Source: Candidatus Woesearchaeota archaeon (lineage in GTDB: Archaea; Nanobdellota; Nanobdellia; Woesearchaeales; GCA-023898365). From it: DNA of 64,000 nucleotides. A model generated the notes under the pieces. It was not told the origin of the DNA. It did not search any database and saw only the letters and a list, made by a program, of their open reading frames with translations. The stretch spans positions 334,688 through 398,687 of the forward strand of contig CP060219.1 in the NCBI GenBank assembly GCA_023898365.1. The letters are read 5' to 3'. Shown here piece by piece: positions 36,094 through 45,100 of this stretch. Position numbers and translations under genes: made by a program. Position 1 is the first letter of the stretch, and each line of letters begins with the position of its first letter.

Positions 36094-36152
36094 TTGAACC
36101 CCCGACCACACGATTATCAGTCGTGCACTCCACCAGACTAAGCTACGGGCTC
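36079..36152 (-). tRNA. tRNA-Ile (anticodon GAT)
   Basis: Folded manually. Acceptor GAGCCCG/CGGGCUC, anticodon stem CACGA/UCGUG with loop CUGAUAA, T-arm GGGGG-UUCAAAU-CCCCC and discriminator A. CCA is not encoded. Confidence 0.85.
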
Positions 36153-36162
36153 GAATAAAAAA

Positions 36163-36237
36163 TGGCGCCTCCGACCAGGATCGAACTGGTGACCTTGCGG
36201 TTAACAGCCGCACGCTCCACCGCTAAGCTACGGAGGC
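36163..36237 (-). tRNA. tRNA-Asn (anticodon GTT), with 3' CCA encoded
   Basis: Acceptor GCCUCCG/CGGAGGC, anticodon stem UGCGG/CCGCA with loop CUGUUAA, T-arm ACCAG-UUCGAUC-CUGGU, discriminator G then CCA. It lies 10 nt upstream of tRNA-Ile. Confidence 0.85.
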
Positions 36238-36302
36238 ATGGCTTAGAGGGATTAAAACCCATTTATAATGTTTATTGTTTATAAAAGGGAAGATAAATAA
36301 AA

Positions 36303-37061
36303 TCAAGTATCAGTAGTTTCCAACAATCCAAGCATTTGCACAACTTGTTCCAATGAAACAACATTACGTGGATCCACCCCGTGTACCTGTTCATACCACA
36401 ATGAAGCAACATTGCTTCTTGGAGATTGTATGACTAATTCTCTAATTGCATGGATCCTTCCTGAAGATTTCCTCGCAGTCATTGCAGAAACTGCCGTTTC
36501 AAAACAATACTCGTTGTAACCACCTCCAAAAAAAAGCTCATTATCTTTGAAAAGATATAGTTCTTCAGGGTGAAGAGGTAAACCAGAATCATATCTTGTA
36601 AAAATCACTTGATCAATCAAACCAACTTCAACTAGAATACTTGTTGCTGCAGCATAATGATGAGGGGTTTCTAGTGCAACAACTCCAAAAGGTGATCGAT
36701 TAGATCGTAAGCTGAGAAAAGCTAAGAGTGCATCCAGATATGCTTCCGCTTCGCGTCGAATTTCATCAGTCTCAATATAATGCATGTGACTAAGATGTAA
36801 ATAAAAAGGATGTACAAGCATCACCATTTGGTCTCCTTCTTGAGGCTTTTGATGATCTCTTGCGTGTTCTTGACAGGCGATCAGCAATTTTTTAAAATCT
36901 CCTCTTTGATAACAGTCATCATCCTTAGATTCTCGATTTCTCAAGTTAACTTCGATATGGGAAGTCCAACCCGTGAAATTACGATTCAAAACGGCCGAGC
37001 TAGCATTATTTGTTGCAGGTAAAGCAGTTCTTAAGTTGGGATCGTAAAAATTTGACATCAA
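36303..37061 (-). CDS. Hypothetical protein (252 aa) located between tRNA-Asn and tRNA-Thr
   Basis: Uninterrupted ORF. His-rich segment HPFYLHLSHMHYIETDE. No family recognised. Confidence 0.45.
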   Translation of the reverse strand: MMSNFYDPNLRTALPATNNASSAVLNRNFTGWTSHIEVNLRNRESKDDDCYQRGDFKKLLIACQEHARDHQKPQEGDQMVMLVHPFYLHLSHMHYIETDEIRREAEAYLDALLAFLSLRSNRSPFGVVALETPHHYAAATSILVEVGLIDQVIFTRYDSGLPLHPEELYLFKDNELFFGGGYNEYCFETAVSAMTARKSSGRIHAIRELVIQSPRSNVASLWYEQVHGVDPRNVVSLEQVVQMLGLLETTDT

Positions 37062-37144
37062 ATCTGGAAACTATAAAGAATTTATTAAAGTTTCTTTATT
37101 TATTACTTTCAAGTAGTTTCGAATAGGGGTTGAGAAAAAGGAAA

Positions 37145-37226
37145 AGCCTCCGGTGAGATGAAACAAAGCAAAGCTTTGTGGATCTCACCTCAAACTAAAA
37201 AACAAGCCTCCGGTGAGATTTGAACG
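37145..37226. repeat. Two extra partial copies of the tRNA-Thr 3' end downstream of the intact gene: 37145-37160 (16 nt, followed by an inverted repeat that recreates the T-stem GGUGAGAU/AUCUCACC) and 37205-37226 (the 22 nt of the T-loop through the 3' end)
   Basis: agcctccggtgagat occurs at 37145, 37206 and 37307, the last being the real tRNA 3' end. Confidence 0.75.
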
Positions 37227-37306
37227 TTTGAGAGCGAAAGTGAGCAAACCACGGAAAAGTACGGAAGGGCTTTGACAGTGTCACGAAGGGAGTTCAAGAA
37301 ATTAAG

Positions 37307-37378
37307 AGCCTCCGGTGAGATTTGAACTCACGACCGCCTGATTACAAGTCAGGCGCACTACCACTATGCTACGGAGGC
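37307..37378 (-). tRNA. tRNA-Thr (anticodon TGT)
   Basis: Acceptor GCCUCCG/CGGAGGC, anticodon stem CCUGA/UCAGG with loop CUUGUAA, T-arm GUGAG-UUCAAAU-CUCAC and discriminator U. Confidence 0.85.
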
Positions 37379-37418
37379 ACAATCGGAAAAGAACTGCAAA
37401 CGATTTATATTAATTGCG

Positions 37419-37844
37419 CTATAGGAGCCAAACAATCGTGGCGATAAGAGCTCCGAGCACGCCACCAACGAAGACTTCTAAGAAAGTGTGGCCTGGAACA
37501 ACAGAAACTGGTTTCAGTTTGGCTTTTTCTGCAAGTTTATTTAAGAGCACTGCTTGATCACCAACGCTTTTTCGCATGCGAAAGGAATCTACGAGGACGA
37601 TGAGAGCGAAGATGAACGTGACAACGAGCAGATTGCCAAACCCATCATAATAAAACACGGCAAACGTCAAAGAAGAAACAAGGGATGCGTGCATGGAAGG
37701 CATGCCTCCGGTGGTGAGAAGCTCGATGAGAACGATTTTTGGAAAGGATCTGTTTTTCATTCCGTGATGGATCGTCGTAACAATTTTACCTAAGAGTGTT
37801 ATCACCCAGGTCAATAGCAACGTTATCACAATTCGTTCAATCAT
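37419..37844 (-). CDS. Divergent PAP2 / DUF212-family membrane protein (acid phosphatase / vanadium haloperoxidase-related)
   Basis: 141 aa with ~4 TM helices. Motifs SMHASLVSSLTFAV, LVDSFRMRKSVGDQA and VPGHTFLEVFVGGVLG match the DUF212 pattern. Confidence 0.6.
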   Translation of the reverse strand: MIERIVITLLLTWVITLLGKIVTTIHHGMKNRSFPKIVLIELLTTGGMPSMHASLVSSLTFAVFYYDGFGNLLVVTFIFALIVLVDSFRMRKSVGDQAVLLNKLAEKAKLKPVSVVPGHTFLEVFVGGVLGALIATIVWLL

Positions 37845-38800
37845 ACTACTCGCCTAAATCTTGTGTTTAAGAGCCCCCATTCAATAAAAAGCATGAACAG
37901 AGCAAATAACATCAAATAAAAGGACAATTCCCTCTTTAATAAAGTTTGTGTGCTTTCTTGAGGAATGGTAGCGATGGCTTCTTGCACGTCCTCAAGCGTT
38001 TCTAGGTGGAAATAGGATCCGTCAGTAATGTTTGCTAACTCTGTTAGCGCATCATCCTGATAGACAGCAGACACATTATAGTACTCCGGCAAATAACCAA
38101 CAAGACCTTCGTCCGTGCCAATACCAATGCTGTGAATGCGCACTTGATTTTGCGTCGCGTATGCCCCGCTTTGTTTGATAGAATCTGAAAGAAAGGGACC
38201 GTACGTGTTTCCCCCATCAGTAATAAGGATGATGATCTTTGCTTTTTCTGGATTGTTTAACAAAAGGTTCGTCGCAGAAATAATGGTGCCAGGAATGTCT
38301 GTTCCTGACGCCTTTGCGACCTTTATCTCATTGATCGCATCTTTTGTTGCGAATTTATTTGTTTCATAGACTGATCTGACAAGCGGCACCCCTGAGAAAC
38401 TGATCACCGAAAAAGTTGTCTCGAACGCGAACGCATCAACAAGAGAGTTTGAAAACGATTTGGCAACTTCAAGACGTGAGGGTGGCAAATCTTCAGCAGA
38501 CATAGATGCAGAATTATCAATAGCGATAACAACATCTGATTCGCTTGCTTCCGCTGTGTACCAAAACACTGGTGAAGAAACTGATAAGATTATAGCAATA
38601 AAAATCACGACGCGAATCAAGAGTTGGAAGGAGTTTTTTGTTAGCTGATGACTGCCAGAGACTCGTCGTAAGGTTTCAAAATTTGCAAAGCGCATACCTC
38701 GAAATCGTGCATGCTTTAAGGAAAGATAATGGGAGAAGACTAAGAAAGGGATTGCTAAAAGGAGCCAGAGATATACCGGTTCAGTAAATGATATTTGCAT
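37841..38800 (-). CDS. vWA-domain membrane protein, BatA-like
   Basis: Two N-terminal TM helices followed by a vWA domain with MIDAS motif VVIAIDNSASMSAED and ILITDGGNTYGP. It overlaps its neighbour by 4 nt. Confidence 0.75.
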   Translation of the reverse strand: MQISFTEPVYLWLLLAIPFLVFSHYLSLKHARFRGMRFANFETLRRVSGSHQLTKNSFQLLIRVVIFIAIILSVSSPVFWYTAEASESDVVIAIDNSASMSAEDLPPSRLEVAKSFSNSLVDAFAFETTFSVISFSGVPLVRSVYETNKFATKDAINEIKVAKASGTDIPGTIISATNLLLNNPEKAKIIILITDGGNTYGPFLSDSIKQSGAYATQNQVRIHSIGIGTDEGLVGYLPEYYNVSAVYQDDALTELANITDGSYFHLETLEDVQEAIATIPQESTQTLLKRELSFYLMLFALFMLFIEWGLLNTRFRRVV

Positions 38801-38811
38801 AAGTCACCTAG

Positions 38812-39711
38812 TTATGTTCTTGGTTTAAATAACCGTTTACGAAAAAAAGTAATTAGTTTGTCAAAATATTCTTCGTTTGTTTCTAAGACAATGAAATCTC
38901 CTTGCGATCCTGTGAAAATACTGTTAAGTGAGTTTTCGTCCTTTTTGACAAGTTCTTCATATTTTTTTGAAAAATCTTTTGTGTCAATATACATAGCTTC
39001 GTTTGTGGAAGGATTTTCGACCATGAGTTGACCGATGTCCTTTGGTAAATGTCGGTCTCTTGGATCTCGCACGCCAATACCAATAACAGAAAAAAATTGG
39101 CTAAAATTTCTAATGTAATTCGTCCAGTTTGGCTCAAGCCCAATAAAATCTGAAATGAGAATAAGAATACCGCGCGGATTAAGAAATGCAAGCGTTTCTT
39201 TTAGAGGACGCACAATACTTTTTGGACCACCATAATTACGTACGTCATGAAGTTCGTGTTTGATGCCTTGCAAAATCATCGGCCCGATGTTTGGCTCTAA
39301 TCGAACGCGCAAACCATCACTGAACATGCCAAAGCCAACAGCATCGCCACTGCGTAAGATCGCATCAGCAAGGACGTATGCAACTTCTGCGGCATATTCT
39401 ACCTTTAATTTCTGTGTGGAAGAAAACAACATTGAATCTGAAACATCAAGCAAAATAAATACGCGGAAATTACGATAAACCTCAAACTCTTTTACAAGAG
39501 GTTTATTTGATCGAAGCGAAACCTTCCAATCAATAAGCGACGCATCATCTCCAAATTGGTACGCGCGGTATCCTGCAAACTCCATACCTTGGCCTTTAAA
39601 TGATGTGGACCAATCACCTTCAAGTGCATCAATAAGCATATCTCTATTTGCAGCAATTGTTGCATGTTTTTTAGCAACTTCAAGATCAAGTTCGATATGT
39701 CGGAGTTCCAC
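38812..39711 (-). CDS. DUF58-family protein, the MoxR-associated partner
   Basis: 299 aa. FAGYRAYQFGDDASLIDWKV and ILLDVSDSM are typical of DUF58 proteins encoded next to MoxR. Confidence 0.75.
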   Translation of the reverse strand: MELRHIELDLEVAKKHATIAANRDMLIDALEGDWSTSFKGQGMEFAGYRAYQFGDDASLIDWKVSLRSNKPLVKEFEVYRNFRVFILLDVSDSMLFSSTQKLKVEYAAEVAYVLADAILRSGDAVGFGMFSDGLRVRLEPNIGPMILQGIKHELHDVRNYGGPKSIVRPLKETLAFLNPRGILILISDFIGLEPNWTNYIRNFSQFFSVIGIGVRDPRDRHLPKDIGQLMVENPSTNEAMYIDTKDFSKKYEELVKKDENSLNSIFTGSQGDFIVLETNEEYFDKLITFFRKRLFKPRT

Positions 39712-39712
39712 T

Positions 39713-40699
39713 TTACATCACAGGAACTTTCTTTAAGATCTCATCAATAATCTCATCGGAGGAAATGTTTTCAGCTTGTCCTTCGAAGTTGAGGATGATG
39801 CGATGCCTAAGAACAGGTTTTGCCACGGCTTTAATATCAACGGGAGAAACAACGGTGTTGCCACTCATAAGCGCATGCGCCTTGGCTGAAATAAAGAGTG
39901 CGATCGATGAACGAGGACTAGCGCCGTAGTTAATGTATTTGCCAAAGTCAATACCATACTCTTTTGCGTGCCTTGTCGCAGTAACAATGCGAATAATATA
40001 CTGTTGCATTTTTTTGCTCAATACAATGTTGTTAACAATTCGCTGTGCTTCGACAATTTCTTCAGCGCTAAAAACTGGCTGTAAATTAAATGAGTCAAAG
40101 CTCTTTGTCGTCATATTTGTTTCAAGTATCTCGACTTCTTCAGTTGCAGTTGGATAGGACATTTGAAGTTTAAACAAAAAACGATCAAGCTGCGCTTCAG
40201 GAAGCTTGTACGTTCCAAGCTGCTCTACGGGATTTTGCGTTGCCATAACAAAGAATGGTTTAGGTAATTGAAACGTCTCTTTTCCGATCGTCACTTGACG
40301 CTCCTGCATACCTTCTAGCAAAGCTGATTGAACTTTAGGAGGACTTCGATTGATTTCATCGCCAAGAACAAAATTTGCAAAAATAGGTCCTTTAACTGTG
40401 TAAAAGCCTTTTCCTTCTTCGTATGTTGTAATGCCTACAATATCAGAAGGAAGCAAGTCCGGCGTGAATTGAATACGAGAAAATGACGAACCAGTAATAG
40501 TCGAAAGCGTACGAATAATAAGTGTTTTTCCAACGCCTGGAATACCTTCAAGCAAAACATGACCATCGCAAAGCAACGCTTGAAGAAGAAAGTCAATGAT
40601 GTCCTTCTGACCGATAACGATCTTACCCATCTCTTTTTTTACAATAGAGAATCGCTTCCCAAGACTAGCGACATGTCTCGCCAACTCACCCTCGTCCAT
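39713..40699 (-). CDS. moxR: MoxR-family AAA+ ATPase
   Basis: Walker A GHVLLEGIPGVGKT, Walker B, and an overall match to the MoxR/RavA subfamily. 328 aa. Confidence 0.9.
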   Translation of the reverse strand: MDEGELARHVASLGKRFSIVKKEMGKIVIGQKDIIDFLLQALLCDGHVLLEGIPGVGKTLIIRTLSTITGSSFSRIQFTPDLLPSDIVGITTYEEGKGFYTVKGPIFANFVLGDEINRSPPKVQSALLEGMQERQVTIGKETFQLPKPFFVMATQNPVEQLGTYKLPEAQLDRFLFKLQMSYPTATEEVEILETNMTTKSFDSFNLQPVFSAEEIVEAQRIVNNIVLSKKMQQYIIRIVTATRHAKEYGIDFGKYINYGASPRSSIALFISAKAHALMSGNTVVSPVDIKAVAKPVLRHRIILNFEGQAENISSDEIIDEILKKVPVM

Positions 40700-40722
40700 A
40701 AGGGAAAATAGAAGCTGCTTTC

Positions 40723-40730
40723 TTTATAAA
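40723..40730. promoter_or_regulatory. Palindromic TATA box TTTATAAA, 24 bp upstream of the moxR ATG on the minus strand. A second copy at 40767-40774 lies 16 bp upstream of the plus-strand gene at 40790. Together they form a divergent promoter pair.
   Basis: Read from the sequence. The spacing fits leaderless archaeal transcripts. Confidence 0.4.
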
Positions 40731-40789
40731 TCTTGCTGAACAGCCCCAGAAAAAAACAAACAAAAATTTATAAATGAGAACATGTCAAT

Positions 40790-42082
40790 ATGTGGAGGAT
40801 GAGTGACCTAAAAGAGGTGGGTTACATTAGCAAAGCGTCTAGAAAGTTGCTTAAAGAAGCTACTCTCAAGAAGATTGCTTATGTAAATACAAAGCGGAAT
40901 ATCACCGAGAAGGAAGTATACCATCTTGTTAAAGATTTTCTTAGAGAATTTGTCGCAATCGAACACGAAGTAAGTATTGAAGAGTTGCGAGAAGAACTCA
41001 AAAAAGCATTTTTTGAAGCAAAAACGCGAACAAGAATCAACCACTTAATCAGTAAACTCGCATATGTCGAATACAAAGATGAAAATTCATCTCCGGAAAC
41101 GTTACGATCCATATTAAATGAACTTCGCTCCGTTGTCGCAAGCATTTCTGCTGATCAGCCACAAAAAGGCGGATTATTTGGAAAACTCTTTGGACGAAAA
41201 AAAGAAGAGATTGAAGATGTTGCAGAAGTCGACGAAACAATTGATCAAACAGGTTCATTCACACCAACAGAAAATTTAGGTCAAGAGTTCTATCCTGAAA
41301 CAAAAAGCAATCAACCATTCTTAGAAAAACAAGAAACAGAACCAAAAGATGCATTTTTTGATAAGGAAACAAAGGATACAGGAGAGAATAAAGAAGAACT
41401 AAAAGAGAAACCTTCAGAAGAGGATGCCTATGCGTCGTTTTTCTTTTCGGGCAAAAAAACATCTCCAAAAGCAGCCCCTTCAGACGATGAAACACATGCT
41501 AAAAATGAGCAAAATGAAACGTTCTTTTCTAAAATGAGCAAAGAAAGAAGGGCTGAAGAACATAAAGAAGTTGCAAAAGATCCTTCCCCAAGCAAAGAAC
41601 CAGTTCAAGAAAAAGACCGTGAAGTAAAAGAAGAACAAGTCAGGGGTGCAGAGGAAAAAGAGAAAACAACTTCTGTCGAGAAACAAGACAAGACAGCGAT
41701 TCCAGACATCTTTAGTAAGACAAATACTGTTGCAGAAAATGATTCAAAAACTGCAGAAGAACAGAAATCTCAAGAAGCAACCGAAGAAAAACTTGAGTTG
41801 CCTGATAGTTTCGAGGAAGAACCCCATCATAAGGAGAAAAAACATCACACCATCCATATGAAGACAAAAGCTCCTGAAGAAAAACCTCAAGGAAAGAATA
41901 ACGAAGAGAAAATAAATCATCTCGCAAGCGAAGTAAGTGCCGCAATCCACAAAAAAGATTCGACGGGCGCAAAGAAACAATATGCGCAGCTCCTTGAGGT
42001 CTACGAGTCGCTTCCTGATAAAGAAAAAGAAAATTGGTTCGATAGAATCAATATGTTCTATGAAGCAATTAAGATGTTGTAA
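40790..42082 (+). CDS. Highly charged Lys/Glu-rich low-complexity protein (430 aa), hypothetical
   Basis: Long ORF. The central ~250 aa are KE-rich and low in complexity. Both ends are conserved-looking and helical. Confidence 0.55.
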   Translation: MWRMSDLKEVGYISKASRKLLKEATLKKIAYVNTKRNITEKEVYHLVKDFLREFVAIEHEVSIEELREELKKAFFEAKTRTRINHLISKLAYVEYKDENSSPETLRSILNELRSVVASISADQPQKGGLFGKLFGRKKEEIEDVAEVDETIDQTGSFTPTENLGQEFYPETKSNQPFLEKQETEPKDAFFDKETKDTGENKEELKEKPSEEDAYASFFFSGKKTSPKAAPSDDETHAKNEQNETFFSKMSKERRAEEHKEVAKDPSPSKEPVQEKDREVKEEQVRGAEEKEKTTSVEKQDKTAIPDIFSKTNTVAENDSKTAEEQKSQEATEEKLELPDSFEEEPHHKEKKHHTIHMKTKAPEEKPQGKNNEEKINHLASEVSAAIHKKDSTGAKKQYAQLLEVYESLPDKEKENWFDRINMFYEAIKML

Positions 42083-42136
42083 TAATTCTTCTTGCTCACG
42101 TTTTTTGAAAAACTAACCAGTAAATAAGTTTAAGCA

Positions 42137-45100
42137 CTAATTATATTTTCTGTTTCTCCAGCGATCACGCACGTAGCTGACAATCATCATAAGGATCGTT
42201 ATTGCAATAACCCCTCCTACTGCAAGAACAACCCGTTCAGAAAGTAAATCGGTGAGGGTCACCATACTAAAAAGACCTCTTGGAGAATCAAGATTTATTT
42301 CATTCTTCTCATTATCAATTAGATACTTACATCCATTTATGATGTTATCAAGCTCGGTTAATGCTTGAGAGATAGGAATACTTGATGCTCTTCGTTCAAG
42401 CTCGGTAAGCAGTTCGTTCATTTCAGCACAGGCAGGGTTTGAAGCGAGAAGGTCTCGAGCAAACGTAACTTTTACTTTGTATGCTTCTTCATCGTCAGTT
42501 GATTTCTCAAGAGAGTTGATATGAATTGTTGCGGAGTCGCTTGCAACGGGATCGTCTGTTGTGACATTCACGACGATTTCATACGTGCCACTCGTGCGAT
42601 AATTGCCAAGAGTAAGTAACGTAGATGCGTTCTGCCCAATACCAAGTGAAGCAACGTAATCCTCACTGAATGTTACCGTAACATTTTCAGAGCCGGCAAT
42701 TGCGTTAAAATTAATTCCGTAGAGCGAATCATCCCAGGTGTTCACAACAGTGATGGGAACCGTGACCGTATCATTTTCATAAACGGCAACTACATCGCTA
42801 ACCACTATTGAGAACGGTTCAGGAGAATCAACTTCTTCCTGGAAAGGCACAGTAACTGTTGTGGTTACTGTTCTTGTTCCGCCAGGATTGTTTGATGTTT
42901 GCACATCAATTACAGGATCGGGAACATTAGTAATGACAATGCGAACCGTATTCGAAGAAACATATGCTCCTGCGTCATCAGTTGCGTTGAAGACCACATC
43001 ACAGTACCCTAATGATGTTGGAGTAATGGTTAAAGACGTATCTGTTATGCTCAGTGTTGCAACAGAGCAAGATTCGCCGTAGGCTAAAGAGAAGTTTAAG
43101 GTTGACGATTCCGCACCATCAAGCAAACCATTTGCGCTGGTATCATCATCTGCATCGTAAAAACGCTGAACGCTGTTACGATATATAAAATAATTTGCAA
43201 GTGCAGTTGTTTGTGAAACAGAGAAGTTATCAAGAGGACCATAAAATACAGGAGGACGATTAAGATTGGCAATAGTAATATTCCAACTAAAGTTTGCCGT
43301 GCTATAATACGCATCAGTTGCACTTACGACAATATCATGTGTTCCCGCGGTTGAAAAGTTAAATGATCTGGTGTAATTTGAATTGACCCCCGGGTCGACA
43401 CCAGGCAAATTAAGTTTCTGCACACCATCAACATACCATCTGTAAGAAATATTATTATTTATCTGGGTCGTGTCGTTTGTCGCGAGCGCATCAAACGTAA
43501 CAGTTGCGTTTTCTGAAAAATTGATGGTGATGTTTGTCAAACCACCAACGACAAACCATGAAGTGTTTAGTGAGGTATTTGACATGAAAGGAGTCACTTG
43601 GGTAAATTGAGGGGGAACAGATTCGTTGTAAATGGTGATGTTAACAAGCTGCCAATCGACCAACCCACCCGCATCAGTAACTGAAGCGTTTGCTTCGTAC
43701 ACCCCATACTCTCCTGATTGAGGAACAAAAGAAACAGTCACTTCATTGACATCCGTTTTTGAGTAAGCAAAGCCCGTTGGTGATGCCCCTGTAAAAGCAA
43801 AGTTAAAGGTCAGATTATCATCAAGAACAAAAAAATCAATATCAGTTGCGTAAAAAACATTTTCATAGAGAACATCTTCAACAAGAATGCCAAAATTGAT
43901 GGCATCAGACACATTGTCTTGATTATTGTCCCATATTGGCGCATCGTTTGCATTGCCTATTTCAAAGGAAAGAACTTCATAATCGCACACATTTGCAAGA
44001 TCACAGACCGAAACATTCAATGTTTTATTTCCAACTTGCGCATTTGTTGGTGTAAAATTCATCCAATAAAGCGTCATGTTACCTTGCACCAGACCAAGGT
44101 TTGACGCGTTAAATCCTGCTTCGTATGCAAACGACCAAGTAAGGTTGTCTCCGTCGCGATCAATTGCGGTAAAGTATGATGAACCAAGAATGCCTTGCGT
44201 ATAATTAACAAGAGAAACAGTCATTACAGGCACCGAATTGTTACGAATAGTGATGTTTGCAATAGCAGTTGTTATAGCCTCACCATCATCAACATACACT
44301 TCGAAGAGGTAATTTCCAATTAGACCTGGACCGACTGTAAAATTAAATTCTCCCGATGTGCTATTAATAGTGAAATTAGAATGGTTTGTTGAAAACGTTA
44401 AGGTATCGCCTGCATATGTTAGTTGGTCAACATCAGAATAATTAAGTGGTGAGGAAAACGTTGCATTCACATACCACGTAAAATTTGAAAGATTGTATAT
44501 GCCGTCGGTTAGTTCGTAAATTACCGGAGCATCATTTAGGTTTAAAATGTTAAACGTGACATTATTCTCCGTATAGCCTCCATGATCATCAGTTACTCGA
44601 ATGCGGACGTTTCGGCAGGCGACGTGGTCATTTGTCATAATTTGGTTGATCACGATAGAAGCGTTCGAACCGTTCACTAAGGTGGTGAATGACCAAGGAT
44701 TTGAAAGGGAGCACGTGCGGGGCGTGATAGTGAACGTGATATTGTCTGCAACATCTGCATCGGAAGCGTTGATATAAAACGTGAAGAGATCTGACTGATT
44801 AGTATCAGGAGTGACTAGGTTCGATGTGATCTGCGGCAATTGATTAACAGCTGAAACGTTAATGGTAAAAGAGGTTTCAACTGGCGGCAATAAACTTGCA
44901 TTGTCGCTAATGTTCATATACACCGTCCACAATCCTCTGTCAGCAAATTGAGGCGCGTTGCTTGGACGGTTAAAGGTAACATACCCTTCCGTGTTTGATG
45001 ACTGAACAAAAATAATTGAAGCAAGATCAGTGCTCATGTTAAAGGTGAACGGTTCGTCTCCTTCCTCATCAAACCCAGAAATTGAATAATTAAACGTGAT

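Noticed and set aside
35579-36213. ORFs 35579-36034 and 35941-36213 upstream of the helicase
   Set aside because: They overlap the helicase coding frame, the repeat DNA and the tRNA-Ile/Asn genes. They contain no helicase RecA1 motifs, so they are not the missing N-terminus.
37155-37165. GAGAUGA within the tRNA-Thr fragment region considered as a C box
   Set aside because: It does not match RUGAUGA, and there are no D/D' boxes or terminal stem.
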